Shown: positions 20,720 through 32,237, counted from the first letter of the stretch. The stretch: DNA of 64,000 bases from an uncultured Actinomycetota bacterium (GCA_963769435.1 CAVYLN010000002.1:1201109-1265108); one strand, 5' to 3'. Translations and numbers: made by a program. Notes: generated from the sequence alone by a model not told the origin.

Positions 20720-20865
20720 CACCTCCAACTTCCCGCACTCACCCGAAGCCGACTTCCTGTGAATGCGAGGAGTTGGAGGTTTTGTGTCCTGTTTGTCAGG
20801 GTTTGACGGGTTGTGCCCCTCCATCTGCACGCGGACCGACGCCGTCGCCGCGCGAAGTTGGAGGA
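20720..20865. repeat. Three copies of the AGTTGGAGG / CCTCCAACT motif in an intergenic region
   Basis: CCTCCAACTT at 20722..20731 (minus orientation), AGTTGGAGG at 20771..20779, AAGTTGGAGG at 20855..20864. The GTTGGAG core is the same as in the 4.5-kb repeat cluster. Confidence 0.7.
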
Positions 20866-20912
20866 CCCGTGTCCCGCTCCGCCGTTGTGGCCGGGGACTT
20901 CGTCGTCCTCCG

Positions 20913-21868
20913 TCACGGCTCCGCGCCGATACGGATCATGAAGAAGACGACCACCGCAGCGGCGAACAGCAGCGCGGCGCCGACGTAGAACCCACGGGTG
21001 AAACCGTGGGTCAGGGCATCCGGCATTACCTGCGGTCCAGCCGCCGCGTTGGCCACCAGGTAGGCGGACGTGGCGGTGACCGCCACCGTGTTCATGAGTG
21101 CCGTGCCCAGCGAGCCACCGACCTGCTGGCTGGTGTTGATCATCGCGCTCGCGACCCCGGCGTCGTGATGGTCGACGCCGTGCAGGGCAACCGACGCGGT
21201 CGGGATGAACACGAACGCCATGCCGACGCTCATGATCACCATGGCGGGCAGCACGTGCGTCAGGTAGGCCGAATCGGCCTGGAGCTGGGCCAGCAGGACC
21301 ATTCCCACACCTCCGGCGATCAGACCGGGGATCATCAACGGGCGAGGGCCGACCCTCGGCAGCAGGTTGGACGCGACCCCGGCGCCGAGGATGATCCCGA
21401 TGCTGAAGGGCAGGAAGGCGAAGCCGGCGCGGACTGGCGAGTAGCCGAGGATCGTTTGCAGGAATATGCCCAGGAACAAGAACATGGCGAACATCCCGGC
21501 CCCCACCATCAGCGAGGAGATGTAGGCACCCGCCCGGTTCGAGTCGCGGATCACGCGCAGCGGCAACAGCGGGTGCGACGAACGACCCTCGATCACGAAG
21601 AACGCGACCAGCAGAGCGGCGGCCAGCGCGACCACATCACGCGGCATCGGGGTGCGCCAGTCCCGAGTCCGCCGGCGCCGCTTTCGTGAAGCCGTACACC
21701 AGCGCCAACAGACCACCGGTCACAGTGATGGCACCCGGGAGTCGTGGAGGTGTCTGCGTGCGCCTTCGACTCACGGACAAGACGCACCGCCAGCAAGGCC
21801 GAGATGCTCGCGATGGAGGTGTTCACCGCCAGGCACGACCGCCACGCAAGGTACTCGGCGTGCGTCAC
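20913..21868 (-). pseudogene. MFS (DHA2/EmrB-QacA type) transporter remnant: 5'-truncated plus two frameshifts
   Basis: Only the part from about TMS6 onward is present (THAEYLAWRSCLAVNTSIASISALLAVRLVRESKA). It continues in a second frame (LPGAITVTGGLLALVYGFTKAAPADSG) and a third (WRTPMPRDVVALAAALLVAFFVIEG...MIRIGAEP). No N-terminal half exists upstream in any frame. Confidence 0.75.
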
Positions 21869-22182
21869 AGCAACAGAGCCACCACGCCAAGCACAGCCTG
21901 CGCGAGGACGACCAACATCGTGACCCCGGCGACGATCATCGGAACCTTGGCCCGGTCGTCGCCCTCCGCGAGACCCCGCCTTCCGATCAGCAGCGACGCG
22001 ACCAGAGGTGACAGCAGGATCAGCGTCCCGATCCCGCCGGCGACCGCGATCGCCGACATGGCGGGGTTGTCCGGGTCGTCCGCCAGCAGTGTCAACAGAC
22101 CCTCACCAACCACAATCGCCACCGGGAACGCTATTGCCAGAAACCCCAGCGCAACCCACGACGAAACAGTCCAACGACTCAT
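21865..22182 (-). CDS. Small membrane protein (105 aa)
   Basis: ATG at 22182 (MSRWTVSSWVALGFLAIAFPVAIVVGEG...); 3 hydrophobic helices. Its stop abuts the MFS remnant. Confidence 0.5.
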   Translation of the reverse strand: MSRWTVSSWVALGFLAIAFPVAIVVGEGLLTLLADDPDNPAMSAIAVAGGIGTLILLSPLVASLLIGRRGLAEGDDRAKVPMIVAGVTMLVVLAQAVLGVVALLL

Positions 22183-22309
22183 CGCGCACCCCGCCTCCAG
22201 GGTACGCCGCCCGAGGTAGAAGCGACCGCTGAATGCACTACCGGGGCGTGCTGGTCGGGAATCGCTGCTGGGCGGCACGACACCCCTGCGGGGCGCTAGC
22301 CTCCGAGTC

Positions 22310-23281
22310 ATGAACCGGCCTGCCGCCATCATCGGCACCACTGTCGTCCTAGCCCTGCTCGGCACACCCGCGGTGGCGGCCCCGTACCCAGTTCCGGATG
22401 CCAAGTCCGAGTTGCTGGCATCCGTCACCGCGACCAACGCGGCCCCCAGCTACCAGTACCGGGACAACAACCTCGGCTGGACGTCTGCCTATAACGCGGT
22501 CGGTCAGTATCAGGAGATCGACGTCGATGAGCAGCGGGTGTTCGATGGGATCGGCAACTTCCATGAGATCGGGTGGCCGTCGGACCGGGTGCGTCGCAAG
22601 GTGCAGAGCCCGGACTACCTGGACAACCCGTCCCTGCAGTGGGAACTCACCGTGGGGGCGAACCCCTACGAGTTCCCGCAATGGCCTGACATCCTCACCG
22701 ACCGTCTCGGCCGTCTCGACGGTGTCGCCAACCTGGACTTCATCACGGTGGCCGACAAGTCGACCTCCGGCACCGACACCGTCTACCGCGTCGGCGACGG
22801 CGACGCCTTCGAGTACGTCTACACCGTCGATGCCACCGGCCGCATCACGCGCCTGGAACTGACCCGCGGGAACCGCATCCCGGAGACCGGCAAGTACCAG
22901 ACCTGGCAGTACGTCCCAGTGGTGGTCACGCAACCGCCGGCAGACACTGTGCTCCCGATCGCCACCGTGCGCCGGGCGATCCAGGCAGCGACGCTGAACG
23001 CCACCATCAAAGCCCTGGCCAAGGACTCCGCGGCCACCGGCAACCGACTGCGCCAGCGCCTGCGCAAACTCCGGATCTGGACGAAGGAGGCCGTGGGACT
23101 CGAGAACGCATCCGGCGACGGCAGCGAGGACGAGCCGATCCCCCGCCACGTGCGGATCAGGGTGAAGAACGTCCCCGGCGGGGTACGGATCTTCCGCAAG
23201 AACCCGTACACCGGCACCCGACACGAGTGGCGGATCGGCAAGCGTGGGTCGACCTGGAAGGCCTACAAGACGCAGCCGTGA
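22310..23281 (+). CDS. Secreted protein, unknown function (paralog of 9941..10990)
   Basis: Signal peptide MNRPAAIIGTTVVLALLGTPAVAAP. C-terminal VKNVPGGVRIFRKNPYTG aligns with VNELPGGVVLSGRNPYTR of the other protein. Confidence 0.7.
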   Translation: MNRPAAIIGTTVVLALLGTPAVAAPYPVPDAKSELLASVTATNAAPSYQYRDNNLGWTSAYNAVGQYQEIDVDEQRVFDGIGNFHEIGWPSDRVRRKVQSPDYLDNPSLQWELTVGANPYEFPQWPDILTDRLGRLDGVANLDFITVADKSTSGTDTVYRVGDGDAFEYVYTVDATGRITRLELTRGNRIPETGKYQTWQYVPVVVTQPPADTVLPIATVRRAIQAATLNATIKALAKDSAATGNRLRQRLRKLRIWTKEAVGLENASGDGSEDEPIPRHVRIRVKNVPGGVRIFRKNPYTGTRHEWRIGKRGSTWKAYKTQP

Positions 23282-23290
23282 ACCCGCCAC

Positions 23291-23785
23291 TCACCAACCG
23301 GTGGCACCGTCCAGCGATTCGCGCAGCAGGTCCGCATGGCCGTTGTGCCGGGCGTACTCGGCGATCACATGCAGGTATACCCACCGCAGGCTGATGTCAT
23401 CGCCACGCGGACCCTTGGCCAGAGCGTCCAACGGAAGGTCCGCCACCGCGTCGCGGGCCGCGGCCACCTCAGTTCGGTAGATCTCGAGGTCGTCCTCCCA
23501 GCGCGCCGGGTCGGTGCCGTCGAAATCCAGATCCGGATTCTCCTTGGTGTAGTTGAGCATCGGAAGCCGCATGCCGCACATGTGCTGGCGGAACCACCAA
23601 CGCTCCACCCCCGCGAGGTGCCGGACGAGCCCCTGCAGCGACAGCGTCGACGGTGGCACCGCCCTGGTCGCGAGTTGCTCGCCGGACAGATCGGCGCACT
23701 TCTCCAGCAGCGTCTCGCGGTGGAAGTCGAGGAAGCCGTCCAGCATCTCGCGCTCGGGGCCGGTGCGCGGGGGTATGGGTCGCAT
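23291..23785 (-). CDS. DinB family / DUF664 (mycothiol-transferase-like) protein
   Basis: ERExLxxFLDxxR N-terminus (PEREMLDGFLDFHRETLL), RHLAGVERWWF, C-terminal HNGHADLLRE. Confidence 0.8.
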   Translation of the reverse strand: MRPIPPRTGPEREMLDGFLDFHRETLLEKCADLSGEQLATRAVPPSTLSLQGLVRHLAGVERWWFRQHMCGMRLPMLNYTKENPDLDFDGTDPARWEDDLEIYRTEVAAARDAVADLPLDALAKGPRGDDISLRWVYLHVIAEYARHNGHADLLRESLDGATGW

Positions 23786-23822
23786 GCGCCCAGGGTAGCC
23801 GCGGTGACACAGGCTTCGAGCC

Positions 23823-24725
23823 TCAGCGCCGGGGACCGGGTAGACGCATTCGAGGGCCGCGGCGAGGCGGGGTCACCCGCGAGAGTTCGATCATCCGCAC
23901 CGCGCGGTGACGGTGTCCGGCATAGGGGGCGAGCAGTTCCAGCATGTCGGCGTCGGTGCCGTCTGTGTGCCCGGTCAGAGCGAATGTGACGTTGCGCGCG
24001 AGGTGGTAGTCACCGACACTGACGGCATCTGCATCGCCCAGTGCCCGGGAGCTGATCTCGGCGGCGGTCCACGGACCCACCCCCGGGATCCTCGTCAGCA
24101 GCTCCCGGCCCTCAGCCGCGGGCAACGCCTCGGCCCGCGTCAGGACCTGGGCCCGCGAGGCGAGCTCCCGGATGGTGACGATGCGCTGGACGTCCACTCC
24201 GTATCTGCGCCAGTCCCAGGACGGGACCCGCAGGACGGCTTCCGGCCCCGGTGGCACCCTCATCCCCTCCGGGCACGGACCCGGCGCCGGGTCCCCGTGC
24301 TCGACCACCAGTGACCGCCAGGCCCCGCGAGCCTCCACCCCGGTGACCCGCTGTTCCAGAACCGCCGCCAGTGCGACCTGCCAGGTGAGCAGCGCGCGGG
24401 GCACCCGGACCACCGCACCGTACTTGCGCCACTGCGTCTCTATCAGCGGATGTTGCGGCACGAAGCCGGTGGCGTCGTCGTGGGTACCGAGCAGGTCGCC
24501 GAGATGCTGCTGCGCCCACTGCGCGCCGTCGCCCCAGGCATGGCCCACCACACCCTGAGCCGTTGGGCGCAGGTTGATCGTGAACGCTCCCTGGGCTCCC
24601 ATCCCAGTCAGCCAGAGATCACCTCCGGGACCATAGCGATACGCGGGATCGCCGGCGCCGCGGCTGAGCACGCCCAGCATGGCCCGCAGGTCGCGTCGCT
24701 GGGAGCAGTGCAGTTCCACACTCAT
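23823..24725 (-). CDS. DNA-3-methyladenine glycosylase 2 family (AlkA-like, HhH-GPD)
   Basis: Start MSVELHCSQ at 24725. HhH-GPD block LTRIPGVGPWTAAEISSRALGDADAVSVGDYHL. The upstream part of the ORF-track ORF is Arg/Gly-rich and looks non-coding. Confidence 0.75.
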   Translation of the reverse strand: MSVELHCSQRRDLRAMLGVLSRGAGDPAYRYGPGGDLWLTGMGAQGAFTINLRPTAQGVVGHAWGDGAQWAQQHLGDLLGTHDDATGFVPQHPLIETQWRKYGAVVRVPRALLTWQVALAAVLEQRVTGVEARGAWRSLVVEHGDPAPGPCPEGMRVPPGPEAVLRVPSWDWRRYGVDVQRIVTIRELASRAQVLTRAEALPAAEGRELLTRIPGVGPWTAAEISSRALGDADAVSVGDYHLARNVTFALTGHTDGTDADMLELLAPYAGHRHRAVRMIELSRVTPPRRGPRMRLPGPRR

Positions 24726-25471
24726 GACAGGCCGCATTGCCGCGCGTAGAGCGCGTGGAGTCGAGCCCGCATCCGGGGTCCCACCCCGAGCGCATACGTT
24801 CCCGTCCGGCCGTCGGGCAGCGTGACCGTGACGTCGAAGACGGTTCCTTGCTTGTCCTCCGCCAGGGCGTGCGCCTCGCAACGGTTGGGCCGTAGGCGCA
24901 CCTCCGGAGTGCGGGTGGGGTCCCCGGGCGAGGCGGCCAGCGCCCCCGGATCGCGGGGCGCGAAAAGGATCGTGGTGTCGATGTCGCCGATCATCGCCGG
25001 GCCGGGGGTGGTCACGACCCGTATGCCGTCGTCGGTCACCGCCCGGACACCGATGACCGCAACCTTGTCCACGTCCTGCTCGAAGCATGCCTGCTCGGTG
25101 TAGGCGGCGACCTGGCCCAGGGTGTCCGGAGCGTCGAGCACGAGGTCCGTACCGTCAACGGCCAGCGTGACATTCTCGGTGCCCGTGCCGTCGCAGATCG
25201 GTGGCGGCAGATCGACCTTCAGGTCCACGGCGGAACGCGGCGGGATGTCCACGGGCTCGTCCCAAACGGCCGGGCCGTACAGCCGCCCGGAATCCAGTTG
25301 GGCACGACCCACCGTGACGGGCTCCGGACCGCCGTTTCGCACCTGGATCTCCAGCTTGTCCGCGGGGGTGTCGCTGCGCGTCTGGTAGAGCGACACGGTC
25401 AGATCGGTGGCGGGCGGGCCGGCACAGGCCGCCAGGCACAGAGCCATCCCGAAAGCGGTCACGCGCCACAC
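24722..25471 (-). CDS. Lipoprotein, unknown function
   Basis: VWRVTAFGMALCLAACAGPP has a signal peptide and lipobox (alternative ATG at 25447). ATGA overlap with the downstream glycosylase start at 24722..24725. Confidence 0.65.
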   Translation of the reverse strand: MWRVTAFGMALCLAACAGPPATDLTVSLYQTRSDTPADKLEIQVRNGGPEPVTVGRAQLDSGRLYGPAVWDEPVDIPPRSAVDLKVDLPPPICDGTGTENVTLAVDGTDLVLDAPDTLGQVAAYTEQACFEQDVDKVAVIGVRAVTDDGIRVVTTPGPAMIGDIDTTILFAPRDPGALAASPGDPTRTPEVRLRPNRCEAHALAEDKQGTVFDVTVTLPDGRTGTYALGVGPRMRARLHALYARQCGLS

Positions 25472-25510
25472 GCAGCCGAACGTACCCCACGGGCCGACTA
25501 CCGTTGGGCC

Positions 25511-25906
25511 ATGAGCCAAGGACCAACCATCACCATGTCCGTACCTTTCGACGACGCGGTCGCCGCGACGCGGGAGGCGCTGGCCGCCGAGGGGTTCGGC
25601 GTTCTGACTGAGATCGACATGCAGAAGACCATGAAGGCCAAGCTCGGCGAGGAGTACCCCCCGACCCTGATCCTGGGCGCCTGCAACCCCACGTTCGCGC
25701 ACAAGGCCATGGGCATCACCGCGCAGGTCGCCACCCTCGTCCCCTGCAACGTCGTGCTCCGCGAGACGCCGAGCGGTGTCACGGTGGAGACCGTCGATCC
25801 CGCCATGCTGGTCGACGCGACCGAGGCACCGGATCTGGCCCCGCTGGCCGAGGACCTGCGAGCGAAGCTGGATCGCGTGTTCGCCACTCTGGCCGATCAG
25901 GGCTAG
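25511..25906 (+). CDS. DUF302 domain-containing protein
   Basis: ATG at 25511. GFGVLTEIDMQKTMKAKLGEEYPPTLILGACNP...LVPCNVVL matches the DUF302 pattern. Confidence 0.8.
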   Translation: MSQGPTITMSVPFDDAVAATREALAAEGFGVLTEIDMQKTMKAKLGEEYPPTLILGACNPTFAHKAMGITAQVATLVPCNVVLRETPSGVTVETVDPAMLVDATEAPDLAPLAEDLRAKLDRVFATLADQG

Positions 25907-25910
25907 CCGG

Positions 25911-26273
25911 ATGCTCGCCGTTGGGACCGACATCGTCCGCGTCTCCCGGCTGGAGAAGTATGCCGACGAGGAACACGACTCGTTCCTCCGGCGGGTGTTC
26001 ACCCCGCGGGAGGTCGACCTTAGCGCCGGCAGAGCCTCGTCGCTGGCAGGTCGCTGGGCGGCCAAGGAGTCCGTGCTCAAGGCGCTGGGCTGCGGCATCG
26101 GTGATGTTCCGCTCACCGACGTGGAGATCATCACCGGCGACGACGGCCGGCCCACGCTCCACCTGCGTGGCCGCGCCGCCGAGTGGGCGCACACGGCCGG
26201 GCTGACCGACTGGCAGGTGTCGATCTCCCACGACGGCGACTACGCCGTGGCGATGGTCGTCGCGTCAGGCTGA
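25911..26273 (+). CDS. acpS: Holo-[acyl-carrier-protein] synthase (4'-phosphopantetheinyl transferase)
   Basis: MLAVGTDIVRVSRLE..., LAGRWAAKESVLKALG, VSISHDGDYAVAMVV are typical AcpS blocks. The 3' end overlaps the convergent ACP gene by 9 nt. Confidence 0.85.
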   Translation: MLAVGTDIVRVSRLEKYADEEHDSFLRRVFTPREVDLSAGRASSLAGRWAAKESVLKALGCGIGDVPLTDVEIITGDDGRPTLHLRGRAAEWAHTAGLTDWQVSISHDGDYAVAMVVASG

Positions 26274-26513
26274 TCCCCGCGCCACCAGGTACGCCACGGC
26301 GGCGTTCACGGAGTCCAACTGGTCGTAGTCGTCCTCGGGGATGTCGGCATCGATGGCCTCGGAGACCGCGGACACGTACGCCAGGAAATCCATCGAGTCG
26401 AGGTCGGCGCCGTCACGCAGCGACGTGCTGGGATCGAACTCGTCGGGGTCGATCTCCGGGGCGACGTCTGCCAGCGCCGCCTGCACGATCTCGCGGGCTT
26501 GGGTCTCATTCAT
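26265..26513 (-). CDS. Acyl carrier protein (stand-alone, 82 aa)
   Basis: Phosphopantetheine attachment motif LDSMDF in an acidic helical protein. ATGA overlap with the E2 stop at 26510..26513. Confidence 0.8.
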   Translation of the reverse strand: MNETQAREIVQAALADVAPEIDPDEFDPSTSLRDGADLDSMDFLAYVSAVSEAIDADIPEDDYDQLDSVNAAVAYLVARGSA

Positions 26514-27857
26514 AGTTCCTCCGGGTTCGTCAGAGCATTGCCGAGTGCCGCCAGGAATCGGGCGCCGGTCCGGCCGTCGGTCGCGCGGTGGTCGGCGGAC
26601 ACCGTCACGGTCACGGTGCTCCGGACGGCCAGTTCACCGTCCACCACCCACGGCCGCTGACCCACGGACCCGATGCCCACGAGCGCCACCTGGGGCGGGT
26701 AGATCACCCCGTACAACAGATCCGGACCGTTGTCGGCGAGGCTGCTCACGGTGATGCTGCCCGGCTGCAACTCGCTGGCGCGAAGCCGCCCGGCCTTGGC
26801 CCGCTTCACCAGATCCGCGAGATGTTTCATCAGTGCGCCGAGGTCGAGGTCCTGCGCACCGACGATGCGCGGGGTGACCAGGCCTCCGGTACGGGTCGCG
26901 ACGGCGACCCCGAGATCGACGTCCTCGGACGCGACGAACTCGTCACGCCACACACCGTTCAGGTCGGGGACCTTCTGAGCCGCCAGCACAGTGGCACGCA
27001 GGAACAGCACTGCCGGGAGCACCCTCTCGCGTGGTTTGCGCCCCGCGTTGTACTCCCGCAGCCAGGCCAGGGTGTCGGTGATGTCGAAGGTGCTGACGAC
27101 GTAGTAGTGAGGGATCTCGCGGGCCGCACGCGCCATCAGAGCCGCCGTCGCCTGGCGCATCGCGGCGGTCCGGTCGACCGACACCTTCGCTTTCGCGGGA
27201 GGCTTCGCGGGCACGTCCGCGCCGGTCACCACCCGACCGCCATCGGCCAGACCGTCGAGTTCCACTCCGCGTTCCCTGGCGAGCCGCCGAGCGCGCGGGG
27301 TGATGCGGGGCCGTGACGGTGGCGAGGACTGGGGCGTGGGCGCAGGGACCGCCGGGGCAGAAGGGGCGCTGGCCGGCGCCGGGGCCTCTTTCGACTCCCC
27401 GGCCGCTGCCAGGACATCCTGACGGGTGATCTGACCGTCGGGACCGGACCCGTGGACGTCGCCGGGCTGGAGACCGAACTGGTGGATGAGGTGGCGGATC
27501 GGCGGGGCCAGGCGCGCCGCGCGGGCGGGTGCCGGCCGTCGGCTCAGCCACGGGCGCCGGTGCGGGTTCCGCCTCGGGGCCGGATGCGGGGGCGGGGTCG
27601 GGTGCGGCGGCCACCTCCGCACCTTCCGCGTCGATGCGGGCCAGCGGAGTGCCGACCGGCACCAGCGTGCCCGGTTCGATCAGCAGTTCGGCGACCACAC
27701 CGCTCTCGAACACCTCGACGTCGATCGCCGACTTGGCGGTGTCGATGACAGCCACCACGTCCCCCTTCGTGACGTGATCACCGGGAGCCACCATCCACTC
27801 CAGCAGAGTGCCCTCGTCCATGTCGGCGCCCAGCGAGGGCATCAGGAACATGCCCAT
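26510..27857 (-). pseudogene. 2-oxoacid dehydrogenase E2 (dihydrolipoamide acyltransferase) with a frameshift in the Ala/Pro linker, about 27480..27560 (or assembly indel)
   Basis: The lipoyl domain ([16 protein letters not shown]...[12 protein letters not shown]) is in the frame of ORF 26943..27857. Two subunit-binding domains and the catalytic domain (SADHRATDG) are in the frame of ORF 26510..27622. Length is 1348 nt. Confidence 0.8.
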
Positions 27858-27862
27858 GGCGC

Positions 27863-28849
27863 TCAGCTCTCCCCGCGCATGGCCGCCTCGTGCCGCCGCT
27901 CACGATGTCCTCCGCACTGGGGATGGCCGCCTGCTCCATGTGACGGGCGTACGGGGTGGGCACTTCCTTGCTGGCGACCCGCCCGATCGGTGCGTCCAAC
28001 TCGTAGAAGGCCTGCTCGGTGATGCGGGCCGAGATCTCCGCCGAGATGCTGCCGCTGCGCCAACCCTCGTCGACGACCACCGCCCGGTGTGTGCGGCGTA
28101 CCGAGTCCACGAATGTGGCGTCATCCAGCGGCCGCAACGTGCGCAGGTCGATCACCTCCGCGTCGACGCCCTCGCCGGCCAGGCGTTCCGCCGCGGCCAT
28201 CGTCGTGGGCAGCGTCCCACCGTAGGTGATGAGGGTCAGGTCCTTGCCGGGCCGCCGGATCGCAGCCTTGTCGATGTCCACCGGACCCGCACCATCGGGC
28301 AACTCGCCCTTGGTGTTGTAGAGACCGCCGTGCTCGAAGTAGAGCACCGGGTCGGGGTCCGCGAGCGCCGTGGCCATCATCCCGAACGCGTCCTCGACCG
28401 TCGCGGGCGCGACCACGCGGATTCCCGGGATGTGCGCGTACCAGCCGTCGAAACTGTGCGAGTGCTGGGCCGCCAACTGCCGCCCCGCGCCGGTGGTCAT
28501 CCTGATCACGACCGGGACGTTGAACTGTCCGCCGGACATGTGCGACAGGGACGCCGCCGTGTTCACGATCTGGTCGAGCGCCAGCAGGCTGAAGTTGACG
28601 GTCATGATCTCGACGATCGGGCCGCATCCCACCCAGTGCGGCTCCGATCCCGGCGCCCACGAAGGCGGATTCGGACAGCGGGGTGTCGCGGATGCGCTCC
28701 GGACCGAACTCCTCGAACAGGCCCATGCTGACGCCGAAGCAGCCGCCGTAGGCCCCGACATCCTCACCCATCAGGAAGACCCGCTCGTCGGCGAGCATCG
28801 CGGTGCGCATCGACTGCCGCACCGCCTCGCGATACGTGATCTCGGCCAT
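27863..28849 (-). pseudogene. 2-oxoacid dehydrogenase E1 beta subunit with two compensating frameshifts, near 28625 and near 27905 (or assembly indels)
   Basis: [12 protein letters not shown]...[13 protein letters not shown] is in frame [20 protein letters not shown]...AIPSAEDIV is in frame B. Frame A resumes for ...[10 protein letters not shown]-stop at 27863, 5 nt before the E2 ATG. Total length is 987 nt, a multiple of 3. Confidence 0.75.
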
Positions 28850-29807
28850 CAGAGCCTCCCCGCCGCAGTGCTGTCCGGGCTGTACACGAACTTCATCAGA
28901 TCGGCGACGTCCTCGTCAGCGGACTCCTCGGCGAATGCGACCGCGTCCTCGACCTCCGCGGCGATCTCGTCCTCCATCTGCTGCACCACCGCGTCGTCGA
29001 GGTCGAGTGCGTTGCGCAACAGGTCGATCGGATCCCGTTCCCGCCACTTCAGCACTTCCTCCTTGTCCCGGTACAACTCCGGGTCGAACATCGAGTGCGC
29101 CCGGAACCGGTACGTGCGGGCCTCCAGGAAGTGCGGACCGCCGCCGGCCCGGATCGCATCCACGGCGCGGGCGGCGGCATCTGCCACGGCCCGCACATCC
29201 ATCCCGTCGACGGTCCACGCCGGCATCTCGTACGCGGACGCCTTGATCGCGAGGTTGGTCTCGGACTCCGACCGGCTCAGGGCCGTGCCCATCGCGTAGA
29301 GGTTGTTCTCGCAGACGAAGAACACCGGCAGGTTCCACAACTGCGCGAGGTTCATCGACTCGTGCCATTCCCCCTCGGCCATCGCCCCTTCGCCGAAGAA
29401 GCACACCGTCACCCGGTCGCGGCCCAGCATCTTGTCCGCGAGCCCCAGTCCGATGGCGGTGGGAAAACCGCCACCCACGATCGCGTTGCCGCCGTAGAAG
29501 CCGTTCTCCTTGTCGAACAGGTGCATGGAACCGCCCCGGCCCCGGCTGCAACCGGTGACCTTGCCGTACATCTCGGCCATGACCTGGCGGGCCGACATGC
29601 CCTTGAGCAAGGCGTGTCCGTGCTCTCGGTAGGTGGCTACGACCGCATCATCGGGGGCCAGCACGGACATCACACCGGTGGCCACCGCCTCCTCGCCTAT
29701 GTACACGTGCAGGAAGCCGCGAATCTTGGTCTGGCTGTACAACTCGACACAACGCTCCTCGAACCGCCGCACGCGCAGCATCGATCGGAGCAATTCCGCG
29801 GAATCGC

Positions 29808-29811
<4 letters not shown>
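28849..29811 (-). CDS. 2-oxoacid (pyruvate/acetoin-type) dehydrogenase E1 alpha subunit, TPP-dependent
   Basis: 320 aa. [30 protein letters not shown] and the TPP-binding GDGA-type block [14 protein letters not shown]. The stop overlaps the E1 beta ATG (TGATG). Confidence 0.9.
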
Positions 29812-31610
<1,799 letters not shown>

Positions 31611-31696
31611 AGACCCACCCATACCTCTGGTATACACCGTCCGGGCCACCGATGTGGCCGGGATTCGGCGGCCGTGACCTACCCGCGACCATCACC

Positions 31697-31799
31697 GTGA
31701 CGCATAATGCAAAACGCCCGAGCCACCTGAACCCGGCCGCTGAGGCAACTCAGCACGCAGAGCGCGTGACGCCGCTCGACGTTTTGCATTCTGCGTCAC
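31697..31799. repeat. 20-bp inverted repeat pair (19/20 match) separated by 63 bp in a divergent promoter region
   Basis: GTGACGCATAATGCAAAACG at 31697..31716. CGTTTTGCATTCTGCGTCAC at 31780..31799. Locally AT-rich. Confidence 0.85.
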
Positions 31800-31828
31800 C
31801 AGTCGACGATGAGCGGCAGGATGGGGCC

Positions 31829-32218
31829 ATGGACACACCCTCGATCTACGCCACCGTCATGACCGCCGAACGTCTGCTGGTCGGGGCCGCCGCGATGGCC
31901 GCCCCGGGCGCCCTGCTGACCGGCTTCGGGGCGCCTGCGGAACTGGACACTCCCGCGGTCCGCTACACCACGCGCCTGTTCGGCGTCCGCAACATAGCCA
32001 TGGGCCTTCAGGTGTGGTCGGCGCGCAAGGACCCCGCCCGGTTGCAGACCTTGGCGGGGCAGAACGCGGTCGTCGAACTGACAGACCTGGTCGCCGGCGC
32101 CGCTGTCACCGCCAGTGACGAGAGGATGCGCACATCCGGGGTCGCGGTCATGGTGACGTCGCTGGCGGTCGCGTCCGGCTTCCTCGGGCTGCGCGCAGTC
32201 GCCTCCCGCGCAACCTGA
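31829..32218 (+). CDS. Hypothetical membrane-associated protein (129 aa)
   Basis: ATG at 31829 (MDTPSIYATVMTAERLLVGAAAMAAPGALL...); hydrophobic N- and C-terminal segments. Confidence 0.55.
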   Translation: MDTPSIYATVMTAERLLVGAAAMAAPGALLTGFGAPAELDTPAVRYTTRLFGVRNIAMGLQVWSARKDPARLQTLAGQNAVVELTDLVAGAAVTASDERMRTSGVAVMVTSLAVASGFLGLRAVASRAT

Positions 32219-32237
32219 GGCTTGTTACCCTCGCCAC

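Noticed and set aside
20763-21689. 308-aa plus-strand ORF starting at GGAGG-TTTT-GTG after the repeat motif
   Set aside because: Beyond the first few codons it is antisense to the MFS remnant and Arg/Asp/His-rich. The motif-proximal start is noted in the findings, but the long ORF is not credible.
27778-27862. Extension of the E1beta reading frame 80 nt into the E2 gene (ORF 27778..28767)
   Set aside because: The extension translates to Arg/Gly-rich sequence. A return to the original frame gives a stop 5 nt before the E2 ATG and a total length divisible by 3, which fits the operon better.
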